A DNA stretch of 64,000 nt from Octopus vulgaris (GCA_951406725.2 OX597833.1:71672001-71736000), one strand, 5' to 3'; numbered from the stretch's first letter, positions 24,111 through 36,292 are shown. Numbers and translations are program-made. The notes: generated from the sequence alone by a model not told the origin.

Positions 24111-24744
24111 ACTTTCTCTCTCTCTACACACACACACTATGGTGTATGTATATATTCACACTATTGTAACCATGGTTATATATCTTTTGTTTTACAAAAG
24201 CCAATTGAAAACTCTTGATTGAAGGTGGTGAATGTTGACTAGAAATCAAAATACGATGACAGACTCATGCTTTGTCCCGAGTTCAATGTAGTTCTATTGA
24301 TTTCTATGTATATTATAGTAATTGTGTGTGTGTGTGTATGTGGCTCAGTGGTTAGTGTATGAAGCCCATGATCATAAAGTCGGGATTCAGTTCTCGCTAG
24401 TCTTCACATAGGGGTAGAAATCAGCTCATAGAGTTATGTGCCTTTATACAAAGAGACAAAAAGAGAAGCCTTCGCCACTCCGTATTTTGGTGTGATAAGA
24501 AAAGTATCAAAGAGAATTAAGAAACAGTGTTGATATAATTTACTAAAGTCTTTGATGGTGGTGCCACAGCCTGATTCCAATGAGGATCACTATTAAAAGG
24601 AATAAAAGCTGTGAGGCAAAGAGGCTAAACTATCTGACTCGTTGCCTTCAAATCATATTTTAACTAAACTTTGGGAATTGAAGTCATAAAATAATATTTT
24701 CTAATTTTGACACAAGGCCATAAAATAATAATAACAACATCAAC

Positions 24745-25302
24745 AATGCCCTGATGCAGTACCAGGCAGTGGCTCTCATGGCTTCTGATCTTAACTGACA
24801 GGAAGTGTTATCATGTACATTGTTTTGTCTTGGTATAAAAGATAGACTACAGCAAACATTCTGCTTAATACCACAGATTTGCTTGTCAGTTGTTTGACCT
24901 TAACCAGTTGACCATGTCCCTTAGTGGCTGACGATATGTGCATCTCTGATCATGAGCAGAAGTAGTGGGGGAGCATCTTAGCCATGTGTTGAGAGGGATT
25001 CTTTGGGGTTTGGATAATTCACCTCTGGAAACATGGGTGTTTCGTTCATCATCCTTAAACACTCCTTATTCAGAGACCTTTTGAGCGGAATGGGTTACTA
25101 GACCAGAAGAAAATTCTAACTGGGCCCCACTTGCAAGGTAATGCGCTGTTTATGAGATCACCATGTGGTGCACATATGGTTGTGATGCATGTGCCTGGTG
25201 TACCTTTATCAGACGGGTAATCATGATGGGTATACTGGGCTTCGTATATTTTACCCCAGTGTCACTTTGATGGCATGCACTGCTCTCTCACTCAATAATA
25301 AT
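24745..25302 (+). mobile_element. Interspersed repeat bounded by (TAA)n, probable 3' portion of a TAA-targeting non-LTR element
   Basis: Higher-GC block between taataataa tracts, ending ...ctctctcactc-aataataataa. Class assignment is inferred. Confidence 0.4.
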
Positions 25303-25937
25303 AAGCTCTGTTTATGTAAGTACTGAAAACTGAACGCCAGGAGGAATATCGGGAGGGAATATATATAGTGAAATTTTGATGAGAAAATTAAATTTATTAA
25401 ATGTGATACTGTTTTAATTATAATTAATGTAACAGTCTTTATTTGTGTTTAAATAATGATCAAAGTTTTGTAAAGTTGTTTGTTATAATTTCGAAAAAGG
25501 AAAATAGGGCGAAATGTATTTTTACATAGATTTTTACTTCGTGGGGTTTATGACCAGATGCGAACTCGTCATAACTTGATTTAGGTGACCGCAGTATGCA
25601 TTAAACCTGTGTACGCTAACACATTAATCACCACATCACTGGCAATTCTGCTGTCTTTTGAAAGGACGAAGACTATCACAGTCGTCTCCCTTGATCACTT
25701 GTTTAGACCTGTGATTACTTCCCTTGTTTCAGATTGGCGAGATGAAAGGCAAGGATTCGGAAGGACGATTGACCACGTGTTTTGTCCATTTGTAGTCTCC
25801 ATGCCTGTCCGTTTGTAGTGTCCCATTACAAACCTGAGTGGACGTTGGTTTTATCTGGAAACTAAAGAGTCATTAACTCAAAACTTTCCGCTAGCATATT
25901 ATTATCACAATTATTATTATTATTATTATTATTTTAA

Positions 25938-26142
25938 GGCAGCGAGCCTATAGAATTGTTACCGCGTGGGCAAAAGGCTTAGCGGCATTTCGTCCGTCTT
26001 TATGTTCTGAGTTCAAATTGCGCCGAGGTCGACTTTACCATTTATCCTTACGGGGTCGATGAAATAAGTACCAGTTACGCACTGAGGTCGATATAATCCC
26101 CTTTCCCCCAAAATGTTCAAGGCCTTGTGCCTAGAGTAGAAA
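25938..26142 (+). mobile_element. tRNA-derived SINE (family 2), near full length
   Basis: Head ggcagcgagc..agaattgtta, B-box gagttcaaattg; follows (ATT)n. Confidence 0.85.
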
Positions 26143-26164
26143 CAATAATTATCATTATCATTAA

Positions 26165-27540
26165 TATATGCCTTGATGCTTTTCTCTGGCAGATGTTATT
26201 CTGACACTATAGCAAAAGAGCAAGCCATATCAAATGGCCAAAGGTCGTTTGAGTCATTCTTTCCTCAAATTTCAAACACCTTTAGAATCCTTGCTGTTCC
26301 TAACAAGTCTGTTTTCTGCATCAGTCCCATTCTGATGGCAATTCCTAGCTGCTCAAGCCAAATATCCAATCTCTTACAAACTGCTCCCAGTGCACCAACC
26401 ACAATCACTACCACTTCTACATGTCTAATTCCCCATAGTTTCCTGCTTTCCCACTTCAGCTATTTTTCCACTTTCTCGTTTTCCTTCTCATTCACTTTGT
26501 GGGCCAACAGTGATGCAATATTGCTTTGTTCTTCTTTTCTATGACGACAACATCAGGTTTTCTAGATGGTCATGTCCCAGAAGATCTCATATTGTTCATT
26601 TTCAGCAACCCTTTCCAGTTGGTGCTCATACCATTTCTCACTTCTGCTCATGTCAGAGTTTCCAGTGAACCAATCTGGCAATGTTCTCATGCCTTCTCTT
26701 GTATTTTCTCTTTTTGAGTATCTTACATTTCCTAATAATATGTTTTGTTATTTCACCTTTTCCATCACACAACATACAAAATGGAGAAGTCACTAACTTG
26801 TCAAGATTGAACTAATACAGTTTGTTTTCAGTGCCTATTCTAGGGCTGCAAAGTTAAGGGGTTCAGTTTCGCCTTTCAAGTCGCTTTTCCCAGTCCATCC
26901 CCAAATCTTATCTTTGTCAACTGTTTCAGGCATTTCCTGCAAGAATTGACCCCACATCTTTTCTTTCCATCTATTCAAGGTGTCATTCTGTCTGTCTTGT
27001 TTAAATTCTCCCTTTACCTTTGCTTCATCACTGCTTAGGACTTTCATCTTTCTTACTTCTGCCATCAATCTCTCCTTTGAATTCTTTACATACCATGCCA
27101 GATTATTTTCCTCAGATTTCACACACAATTCACAGCTAATGAGACCTCTTCCTCCTCTCTGTTGCGATAGATATAACCTGTCCATGTCACTTTTGGGGTG
27201 TAAACCCCCTTGTAGTGTCATCATTTTCTTGGTCTTTCCGTCAAGCTCCTTAAGTTCATAACTTCACCATCACATCAGTATTAAACCTTAAAGCTGCAAT
27301 GGCCTCTCTGTTGACAGAATCCCATTCCTACCTCTCAACTTTGTCCCTAATGCCAATTTCAGTTTCCGTTTCTGTTCCTTTGATATCAGTTCTTTCATTT
27401 GATTTATTTCCAGGATACCCAGGTACTTACACCTGTTGCCGTCAATTTCCTCCATAATTTGTCCATCTGATAATTTAATTCCTTCCATCTTATCACTTCT
27501 ACTTCTTTTCAGTAATAGCATTCCACGCTCTTTTATAACT
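26165..27540 (-). mobile_element. R4/Dong-clade non-LTR retrotransposon remnant (RT end + restriction-like endonuclease)
   Basis: Minus-frame peptides CKYLGILE, LHPKSDMDRLYLSQQRGGRGLIS, RKPDVVVIE and IVVGALG...LMQKTDLLGTARILKV; abuts (TAA)n at 27541-27565. Confidence 0.85.
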
Positions 27541-27754
27541 TTAATTATTATTATTATTATTATCATTAATGCAATGAGCTAGCAGAATCGTTGGCATGTC
27601 AGAAAAATACTTTTAGCAGTATTACATGTCTTTATATTCTGAGTTCAAATTCCACTGAGTTTAACTTTGCCTTTCATCCTTTTGGGGCTGATGTAATCAA
27701 CTTGCCCCTGCCCTCAAAATTTCAGGCTTTCTGCCTATAGTAGAAATGGTTGTT

Positions 27755-27929
27755 GTTCAGTTCAATATTTAAGAGATGAGGAATTATGTACATTATTTAC
27801 ATTTCACGGATATTTGTCCTCATCTTGTTTGTTGTTAACACAACGTTTCGGCTGATATACCCTCCAGCCTTCATCAGGTGTCTTGGGGAAATTTCGAACT
27901 TGGGTTCTCATTCCTAAGGTATTTTTCAA

Positions 27930-27970
<41 letters not shown>

Positions 27971-28197
27971 TCACTGCTTGGAATCGAACTCGGAATCTTG
28001 GGGTTAGTAGCCTGCACTCTAACACGTATGTCCATAATAATTGTAATAATAATAATAACATCGAAAAATACCTTAGGAATGAGAACCCAGGTTTTAAATT
28101 TCCCCAAGACACCTGATGAAGTCTTGGAGGGTATATCAGCCGAAATGTTGACAACAAACATGATGAGGACAAATATCCATCAAATGTAAATAATGTA
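27755..28197 (-). mobile_element. tRNA-headed, hammerhead-bearing palindromic retroelement (Penelope-type end)
   Basis: Arms 27789-~27945 / ~28045-28197. The loop holds a minus-strand tRNA-like head (B-box GTTCGATTCC 27989-27980). Hammerhead at 27881-27838. Confidence 0.75.
27838..27881 (-). ncRNA. Minimal type-I hammerhead ribozyme motif (intact core)
   Basis: acac-CTGATGA-a-ggctg-gagggtatat-cagcc-GAAA-cg-TT-gtgt: stem I acac/gtgt, stem II ggctg/cagcc, palindromic AACGTT stem III. Confidence 0.75.
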
Positions 28198-29029
28198 AAT
28201 TTGGTTGTTGTTGTTGTTGTTAGTAGTAGTAGTAATAGTAGTAATAGTAGTATGTCCTGACTGTTCTAAAATTATTTACCCCAGTTTACACACAAACAGA
28301 AATATATTAAACTGGGGCAATATTTGTTCCCTATGCATTTCACAGTCGAGTGATCACAGTATTAAAAGGCATTGAAGTGTGACAACCCAGTTGGAATTAT
28401 CTGATCTACAGTAGAAAGACAAAAATAGCAAATGTAAAAATGTGTGTGTGTGTGTGTTCATTCTGTTACTAGTTTCAGGAATTCAACTGTGGCCATGCTG
28501 TAGCATTACCCTCCAATTTTTTTCCTTTAAATCATTTATATCACTCCAACTACTACTATTTCTTATTTCAGGGATCTCTGTTCAGCAAATGTCCCAAGGC
28601 ATGGTTTCATATAAAGGGACATGGCTAAACACATGGTATTTGTAACCATGCAGATACACACATACACGTGTGCATCACTGAGTACTGGACATTGCCGTAT
28701 AATTGTAAATGAGTATCCTTCATTTGTGGTGTTCTGCGAAAACATGTCTGGTCATAGAAAAATATTACTTTACTTGGAAACAGGTGAAGGTTGGTGACAG
28801 CAAGGCCATCCACCTGTATAAAATCTGCCTCAACAAATTCTGTCTGACACATGCAAGTATGGAAAAGTGAACAGTGAAACAAAGATGGTGATGACCGACT
28901 GATTGATACAAACAAACAAAACACACACACACAATCGAGGCACATTCTACTTTATATTAATGACCAAATGGTGCCTTAGTCATAATTAATTTTTAAAGTA
29001 GCTTGGTCACATTATAAAAGTAAGAAGCA

Positions 29030-29064
<35 letters not shown>

Positions 29065-30295
29065 ACAAACACAAGCACACACAGAGAAGGAGAATGTAGG
29101 GAAGACATACAGACAGACAGAAGAAAATAAGTCAAAATACATTTTAGCCGACTCCCTTTTCACAGGTAAATTCATGGGATTTTTAACAAGTCAAACCAGT
29201 TTTTGTTTAGCTTAGTTGAAAAGTTCAGATAAAAGTGAGATTTGGTCCAGACTTCACACATCTCCATTCTAAACGACATAAATTAGTTCATTCTGGTATA
29301 TTTGACTGACTTTGAAAGTGGTAGAGTAGTATTCACGGAAGATTTGGCTGCAATTTCTTACAAGCCAGACAACCACATAAAAATTTCCTTCCTTGATCAG
29401 AACAGAGCCAGTGCTATACAACAGCAACAACAACAATAACAAACACTCCATTGTGCTGTGAAATAGATTTCGACAAAAACCTTTGATGCCAACATACAGA
29501 CATGCAAATAAGTTTACGAATTATATATAGACTGCATTAATAAGCATGCACACATGCATGTATGTGCACATTTGTGTGTGTGTCTTGTATGTAGATGTAT
29601 ATACATATATGTGAAGTGTTGGTGGCACAGCTAGTATACACAAAAGTGGTTGGTATTAGGAAGAGTATCCATGCATAGAAAGCATGCAGAAGCGGTCAGT
29701 GGGGGCCCAATGCAGACCTTGGATTCACAGGATCCTGTGCCAAAATGTCCAACCCATGACAGGCTGGATTGGACACATTGGCAGATATATGAATTGTAGG
29801 TACAGGTATGGTTATGTGGTTAAGGACTTCGATTCCCAACCAAATGGTTTTAGGTTCAAGCCCACTGCGTGGCAACTTGAACAGGAATCTTCTACTACAT
29901 TTCCAGACTGACCAAAGCTCTGTGAGTGGATTTGGTTGACAGAAACTGAAAGAAGCCTATTGTGTGTGTGTGTGTGTGTGTGTGAATCTATGTTTCTTTG
30001 TGTGAGTGAGTTTGTATTTCTCCCTTTCTGTATATGTAATCACTGGCTGTAAACAAATGCCTTGCAAGCATCCAGCCACGGAAATCTTCGCCCCCCAACA
30101 CACTCTCGTGTCTGACCCATGCAATCATGAGATTGATGATGATGATGGTGGCGTATATGATTTGATATGTTTATGTTATAGATGTAATTTAATACATGCA
30201 TCATTTATGGACTGTAAAGACACAATGTCTTCATGCATACTGAGCTGAATAAGCAGAGAGATGCACAGGGTTAAGAGGGAAAGTGTTTGTCTTAC

Positions 30296-30401
30296 CCGAA
30301 CTGCTTTCAGGTTGGCTGGCGTAAGCGTTTAGGACAGCGGTCACAATGAATATTATCAAAGTGACGACGATCACAGCAATCTTGGCAGGCCTGTGTTCCA
30401 T
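30296..30401 (-). CDS. First coding exon (TM1) of an uncharacterised TspO/MBR-related multi-pass membrane protein; candidate shared exon
   Basis: Minus strand: acceptor ttcttttgcag| (AG 30408-30407), then CCAAC-ATG (30401). Encodes MEHRPAKIAVIVVTLIIFIVTAVLNAYASQPESSS plus G, then donor G|GTAAGA at 30296/30295. 106 nt = 35 codons + 1 (phase 1), matching both downstream exons. Confidence 0.88.
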
Positions 30402-30640
30402 GTTGGCTGCAAAAGAAACAGGATTTGAGTTAAGCAAAGGAAAACGGGAATAAGGATAAGGCTGCTGTAGAGAGAAAAATCTATTAAAAGACCCTTAAGA
30501 AAATGTTTAGGTAAAAAATGAGAAAAAAAACCCAAGTATCTTGAAATATATTGTATCTGATAATGTTAAAAAAAGACTTCGCCTCAGAGCAGGGAATTTT
30601 AAGGGCAAGTCTAAGTCAATTACAACGACCCCTATGCTGT

Positions 30641-30677
<37 letters not shown>

Positions 30678-30940
30678 CACATATACATGCATATATATAT
30701 ATACATATATATACATATATATACATATATACACATATATACATATATATATACATACGTATATGTGTAAATATACATACATATACACATATATATATAC
30801 ACACACATATATAGATATAAATATATATATATACACATATATATATACGTGCATACATATATATATATATATACACATACATATATATATATATATATAC
30901 ACATATATACATATATATATAAATATATATATATATATAT

Positions 30941-30976
<36 letters not shown>

Positions 30977-31071
30977 CATACATACACATACACACATATA
31001 TATATACACATATACATACATATATATATATACACATATACATACATATATATATATATACACATTACATA
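30641..31071. repeat. Compound (CA)/(TA)/(TACA) microsatellite
   Basis: Directly visible. Confidence 0.95.
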
Positions 31072-31555
31072 CATCATCATCATCGTTTAGCGTCCGCTTT
31101 CCATGCTAGCATGGGTTGGACGGGTCAACTGGGGTCTGTGAAGCTGGAAGGCTTCGTCAGGCCCAGTCAGATCTGGCAGTGTTTCTACGGCTGGATGCCC
31201 TTCCTAACGCCAACCACTCCGCGAGTGTAGTGGGTGTTTTTTACGTGCCACCTGCACAGGTGCCAGACAGAGCTGGCGAACGGCCACGAACGGATGGTGC
31301 TTTTACGTGTCACCGGCACGGGGCCAGGCGATGCTGGCAACGGACACGAACGGATGGTGCTTTTACGTGCCACCGACACGGGGCCAGACAGAGCTGGCAA
31401 CCGGCCACGAACGGACGGTGCTTTTACGTGTCACCGGCACGGGGGCCAGCCGAGGCTGGCAACGGACGCGAACGGATGGTGCTTTTACGTGCCACCGACA
31501 CGGTTGCCAGACAGAGCTGGCAAACGGCCACGAGCGGACGGTGCTTTTACGTGTC
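31072..31555 (-). mobile_element. RTE 3'UTR-derived copy with ~5 tandem ~61-bp units
   Basis: Reverse complement of the 23640-23888 tail; unit ttttacgtgccaccg.cacggggccagacagagctggcaacggccacgaacggatggtgc repeated over 31239-31555. Confidence 0.88.
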
Positions 31556-31618
31556 ATATATATATATAAAATATACATACATATATACACGTAAACATAT
31601 ACATACACATACACATGC

Positions 31619-31650
<32 letters not shown>

Positions 31651-33062
31651 GATATATGCATATATGTACATACATACATATACACATACATACATATATA
31701 TATATATATATAGACACATACACACATATAATTATACACACACCCTCACACACATATGCACACACACACACAAATATATGGATGAAAGTTCCTTCTTGAG
31801 TGATAGGTTTAAAATCTTGTATTGTGGCATTTCGTATATATTCCACCACTGGTCAGGACGCTGGTCCCGTTGCAGGATTCCTCATTCTTGCCTCCCGAGT
31901 GCACTGCCCAGTCCTGGAACTGAAACTATAATCCTCCAATAGTAAGTGCCATACCCCAACCAATAATCCATACCCATGTACAGGGGGGCGTGAGACGCAC
32001 GAACACCTTCCACACTACATATCATGCGACTGACTTTCTAAGACAACCACATTTCATCAGACTCTCTGTTGGTTGATGTTCCTAAATTGAGAGTCTTTTT
32101 TAAGGCTTGTCTTCATTGGTGCCCGACTCAACCAATACTCATAATCCGGATGCCACGCAATTATTATCGCCTTATTGCACCTACAATGTGAAAAGATGTC
32201 TAGTTTCTGTAGATGCGAACCAAAAGCAACAGAATCCTGATCAACCAGAGGCTAATCAATAAGTTACACCCTAGTTATTTCCCCCTAATTATGTTAAGCG
32301 AAATAACTCACTAATAAAAGACAAATCGAATGTAGAGTTCTTTCCCCTGAAAATACGCTTAAGATATCGAAGAATAAAATACTTCTAGTTGTCCGCTCGA
32401 CCTGCTAGAAATAACAGTTGATTCTAAAATTACAAACCTGCCTTTAAAGAGAAGATAATGCACCTTATAATGTATTTCTAGACAGATTATGCTTGTAAAT
32501 AAAAATGATTAGACTGTCACGGCTGACTTATAGGTTAGCTTAATCAACAACAAGACTATTGTAAACTGCGGTTAACAACAGAACTGAGAGGCAGGATTCA
32601 GTAGGAAATGGCGTGGGTTTAAGTGCTTCGTTACAGGGACACAGGGTCACACGTTCGGTAAGAAGCCATCAGTTGATGAGATCTACGTCTGTATTTCCCA
32701 ATATGTGTAATCATCAATTTTGAAAGAATGAAAGCCAGTCGACGTAAGCGTGATTTGAACTCAGAACCTAAAGGGAACTAATCTCGTTCGTTCATTTATT
32801 GGTGGCTGTTTATATGTAGGCGGTGTTGAAAAGTAGGGCAACTTTATTTCATGAAAATTATCGCTTAACGAAAAATCTGGGAGTGGAGGAAGGAAGGATG
32901 GATGGAGGGGGGATAGGTGAAGTTAGGGAACTTTATTGATAAGGGGAACAGGGAAGTATGATAGGTATTTCAGTGTGTGTGTGTGAGAGAGAGAATGACA
33001 GAAAGGAGAGAATGTGTGTGTGTGTTACAGGTATATACACACACATGTAAATATACAAACTA

Positions 33063-33372
33063 GCACTCTGTCGTTTACGACGACGAGCGTCCCAGTTGAT
33101 CCGATCAACAACAGCTTACTCGTAAAATTAACGGGCAAGTGGTTGAGCACTCCCACAGATACGTGTACCCACAACATAGTTTTCAAGGAGGTTTTAGCGT
33201 GACACAGAATGCGAAAAAGCTGGCCCCTTGAAATACGGGTACAACTCATTTTTATCAGCTGGGTGGACTGGAGTCACTTGAAATAAAGCGCCTTACTGAA
33301 GGATACAGCCAACCACCAGGAATCGAACTCGTGACCTTACGATCTAGAGCTGAAGACCTTGACCCACGCACT
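33063..33372 (-). mobile_element. tRNA-derived SINE (family 3 variant)
   Basis: Homologous to 49095-49280 (acgacgacgag..gttgatccgatcaac..gtgaaattaac); B-box as ggaatcgaac. Another copy at 34081-34328. Confidence 0.8.
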
Positions 33373-33421
33373 CTCACTTATTCTAAACACATATGTTCTA
33401 AACACTTATTCTAAACACATA

Positions 33422-33820
33422 GGCGCAGGAGTGGCTGTGTAGTAAGAAGCTTGCTTCCCAACCACATGGTTCCGGGTTCAGTCCCACTGCGTGGCACCTT
33501 GGGCAAGTGTCTTCTACTATAGCCTCAGGCCGACCAAAGCCTTGTGAGTGGATTTGGAAGAAGGAAACTGAAAGAAGCCCGTCATATATATGTATATATA
33601 TATATGCGTGTGTGTGTCTGTGTTTGTCTCCCTAGCATTGCTTGACAACCGATGCTGGTGTGTTTATGTCCCCGTTACTTAGCGGTTCGGCAAAAGAGAC
33701 CGATAGAATAAGTACTGGGCTTACAAAAGAATAAGTCCCGGGGTCGAGTTGCTCGATTAAAGGCGGTGCTCCAGCATGGCTGCAGTCAAATGACTGAAAC
33801 AAGTAAAAGAGTAAAGAGTA
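33422..33820 (+). mobile_element. Full-length tRNA-derived CORE-type SINE (family 1)
   Basis: A-box-like tggctgtgtagtaag, B-box ggttcagtccc, CORE-like gtggcaccttgggcaagtgtctt, internal (TA)/(TG) tract, tail aagtaaaagagtaaagag. Confidence 0.9.
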
Positions 33821-34500
33821 TATGTGTCTGGTGAAGCAACGAGTACTGGTGGGTGTTCCTTAATCTCTACAAAACTATTCAAAGTGCCTTCATGTGTGAC
33901 AGATATGTTATTTGTTTGGAGGAAGCGATGTGTTTGTTATTGTTGTTGTCCTGTGAAAGTCTGACACACTCCAACGAACATCAGATCAGGTCATGGAGTG
34001 AAACGAACCCCATGTTCTACCCCCACCTAAAGCAAAAACAGTAATCTTTACTTCTAAAGGAGCAAACAATGTATTTAAATCGACGAGGGTTCCGGTTGAT
34101 CCGATCGACTGGAAACAGCCTGCAAATGGAGTGTGACAAGGCTGGCCCCTTTGAAATACGGGTACAACAGAAACAGGAAGAAAGAGTGAGAGAGAGTTGT
34201 GGTGGAAGAGTACAGCAGGGATCGTCACCGCCCCCCGCCGGAGCCACGCGGAGATTTAGGTGTTTTCATTCAATAAACATTCACAATGCCCGGTCAGGGA
34301 TTCGAAACCGCGAGTCTGCTGCCTCCACAATCTATTTAAATAATGGCGACTATAACAATATCGTGACAGCAACAGCAGTAGTAATAGTAGTAGTGGCAGC
34401 AGCAGCAGCAGCTTTTGTAAGTGTTATTTAAGTGTAGTTGAAAATGTATTTTCATGATTAAATAATAATAATACTAATAATAATAATGCTGGAATAATAA

Positions 34501-34792
34501 TATGTTAGAAGTAGATCCACAATGGTCTTACCACTAAGTGCTAAGAAAGGAATATTCTCAAGAAAATTTAGCAAACGCCAGAACATAAGCGTTTGCTAAA
34601 TTTTCTAAAGGACATTCCTTTCTTAGTGGTAAGACCATAGCGGATCTACTTCTAGCATAATGGATGTCCATGTAGTGGTCATCCCTCTTATATGTATTTA
34701 ATATAATTTTCCTGAATCTTCAGGTTTTAATATGCTACACCACTGGTTTTAAATTGATATTAATCAAATTTTTCACCCTTATTAGTTTAAAT
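34501..34792 (+). repeat. Palindrome (arms ~34501-34577 / 34590-34659) with tail ending at (TA)n; no hammerhead core visible
   Basis: tatgttagaagtagatcc...ttagcaaacgc / gcgtttgctaa...ggatctacttctagcata. Confidence 0.8.
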
Positions 34793-34818
34793 TATATATA
34801 TATATATATATATATATA

Positions 34819-35108
34819 CTTTATTTAAAGCAGCAGAAAATTCAACAAAACCTGTTACTCTGAGTTTCCCGTTGCTGTTCGTCGGACAGCTTTTGCTAGA
34901 ATGGAACCGATATGCGAATTCTAACCAGTCTGGTTAGAATTCATATATCGGTTCCATTCTAGCAAAAACTGTCCGACGAACAGCAACGGGAAACTCAGAG
35001 TAACAGGTTTTGTTGAATTTTCTGCTGCTTTAAATAAAGCATATTACTCTACCACTGGTATTTGAGTACTCTTTTTTCCACCTTGTTTCACATTTATGTG
35101 TTTACTCT

Positions 35109-35110
<2 letters not shown>
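34819..35110 (+). mobile_element. Palindromic Penelope-like derivative (110-bp arms) with a hammerhead
   Basis: Arms 34819-34928 / 34930-35039, (TA)n on both sides. ctgt-CCGACGA-a-cagcaacgg-GAAA-ctcagag-TA-acag at 34969-35006 (U4>C in the core). Confidence 0.75.
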
Positions 35111-35172
<62 letters not shown>

Positions 35173-35449
35173 CATACACTTTTATTCTTTTACTTGTTTC
35201 AGTCATTTGACTGCAGTCATGTTGGAGCACCGCCTTTAGTCAAACAAATCGACCCCAGGACTTACTGTTTGTAAGCCTAGTACTTATTCTTTCAGGGTCT
35301 TTTGCTGAATCGGTAAGTTATGGGGGGATATAAAAACACCAAAATCAGTTGTCAATCTGTCCAACCCATTCCAGCTTGGAGAACAGATGACAAATGCTGA
35401 TGATTTTGATGTGTGTGTGTAATAAAATAATCTTTATTATTATTTTTTA

Positions 35450-36077
35450 TTCTCACATGTCTATATAAATTGTCTGGAAATCTCCCCACTCCCTGAGAAT
35501 AAAATAACCAAAGACAAATAACTGAACTCTCATTGCCATCGGAAGATTCTCATCTCTTCAACTGTCGTAACAAAACACGCACACAACAAACAAAACAAAA
35601 CAAAGTTTTCTCTTCTCATTGTTTCCTTCCCATCCTATGTTAGTCACCTAACCAGTTACACACACACAACATAACTGTTACCAATCTATGATAAAGGTGT
35701 TTACTAATGAAATAACTAATCTCTCAAGCTACTTTGTTCTGTCTTTTAACAATAATTTATAGAATTTAAATAAATAAATATGTAAACAGAAACAAAGATC
35801 TGAATGTGACAAAGAGAAAGGGAAATGATGTAAGAAGCAGAAAGCGAGTCGTGGGAATGAGGTGGGAATAAGAATGTGATTTTTGTAGACGTTGTGGGAA
35901 TGTTTGCCGAGTTTTCTTTAAAAGTGAAATAAACACAAAGAACCTTTTAGAGTTGTATTGAGAGAAGAAAATTTCAATGTCAAATATTTTAATATTTTGG
36001 CTTTGATTGATTTCATAGTCTGGGATGAAGTTTTCTCTTTTGAAAACAGTTTTAAAAGACTAAACAAAGTGTGGGAA
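35450..36077. promoter_or_regulatory. Cluster of Su(H)/CSL (RBPJ)-type sites; candidate Notch-responsive enhancer
   Basis: TGTGAGAA (minus, 35450-35457), CGTGGGAA 35850-35857, gGTGGGAA 35861-35868, TGTGGGAA 35893-35900 and TGTGGGAA 36070-36077, in apparently unique sequence. Confidence 0.4.
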
Positions 36078-36204
36078 AAAGAAATCTGAATGTGGTTTCA
36101 GGATGCATGACATCTTAGGCAAGTGTCTCATGTCTTCAATAGTACAAGGTTTGTGAGTGGATTTAGCATATGGAAACTGAAAGAAGCCTACATATACATA
36201 CATA

Positions 36205-36250
<46 letters not shown>

Positions 36251-36257
36251 CATATAC

Positions 36258-36292
<35 letters not shown>

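Noticed and set aside
31239-31555. CRISPR-like array
   Set aside because: Whole units repeat with no unique spacers, there are no cas genes, and the context is a eukaryotic retroelement.
30507-31942. Multiple 100-230-aa ORFs
   Set aside because: Microsatellite and tandem-repeat artefacts (YI/HT runs and repeated RTE UTR units).
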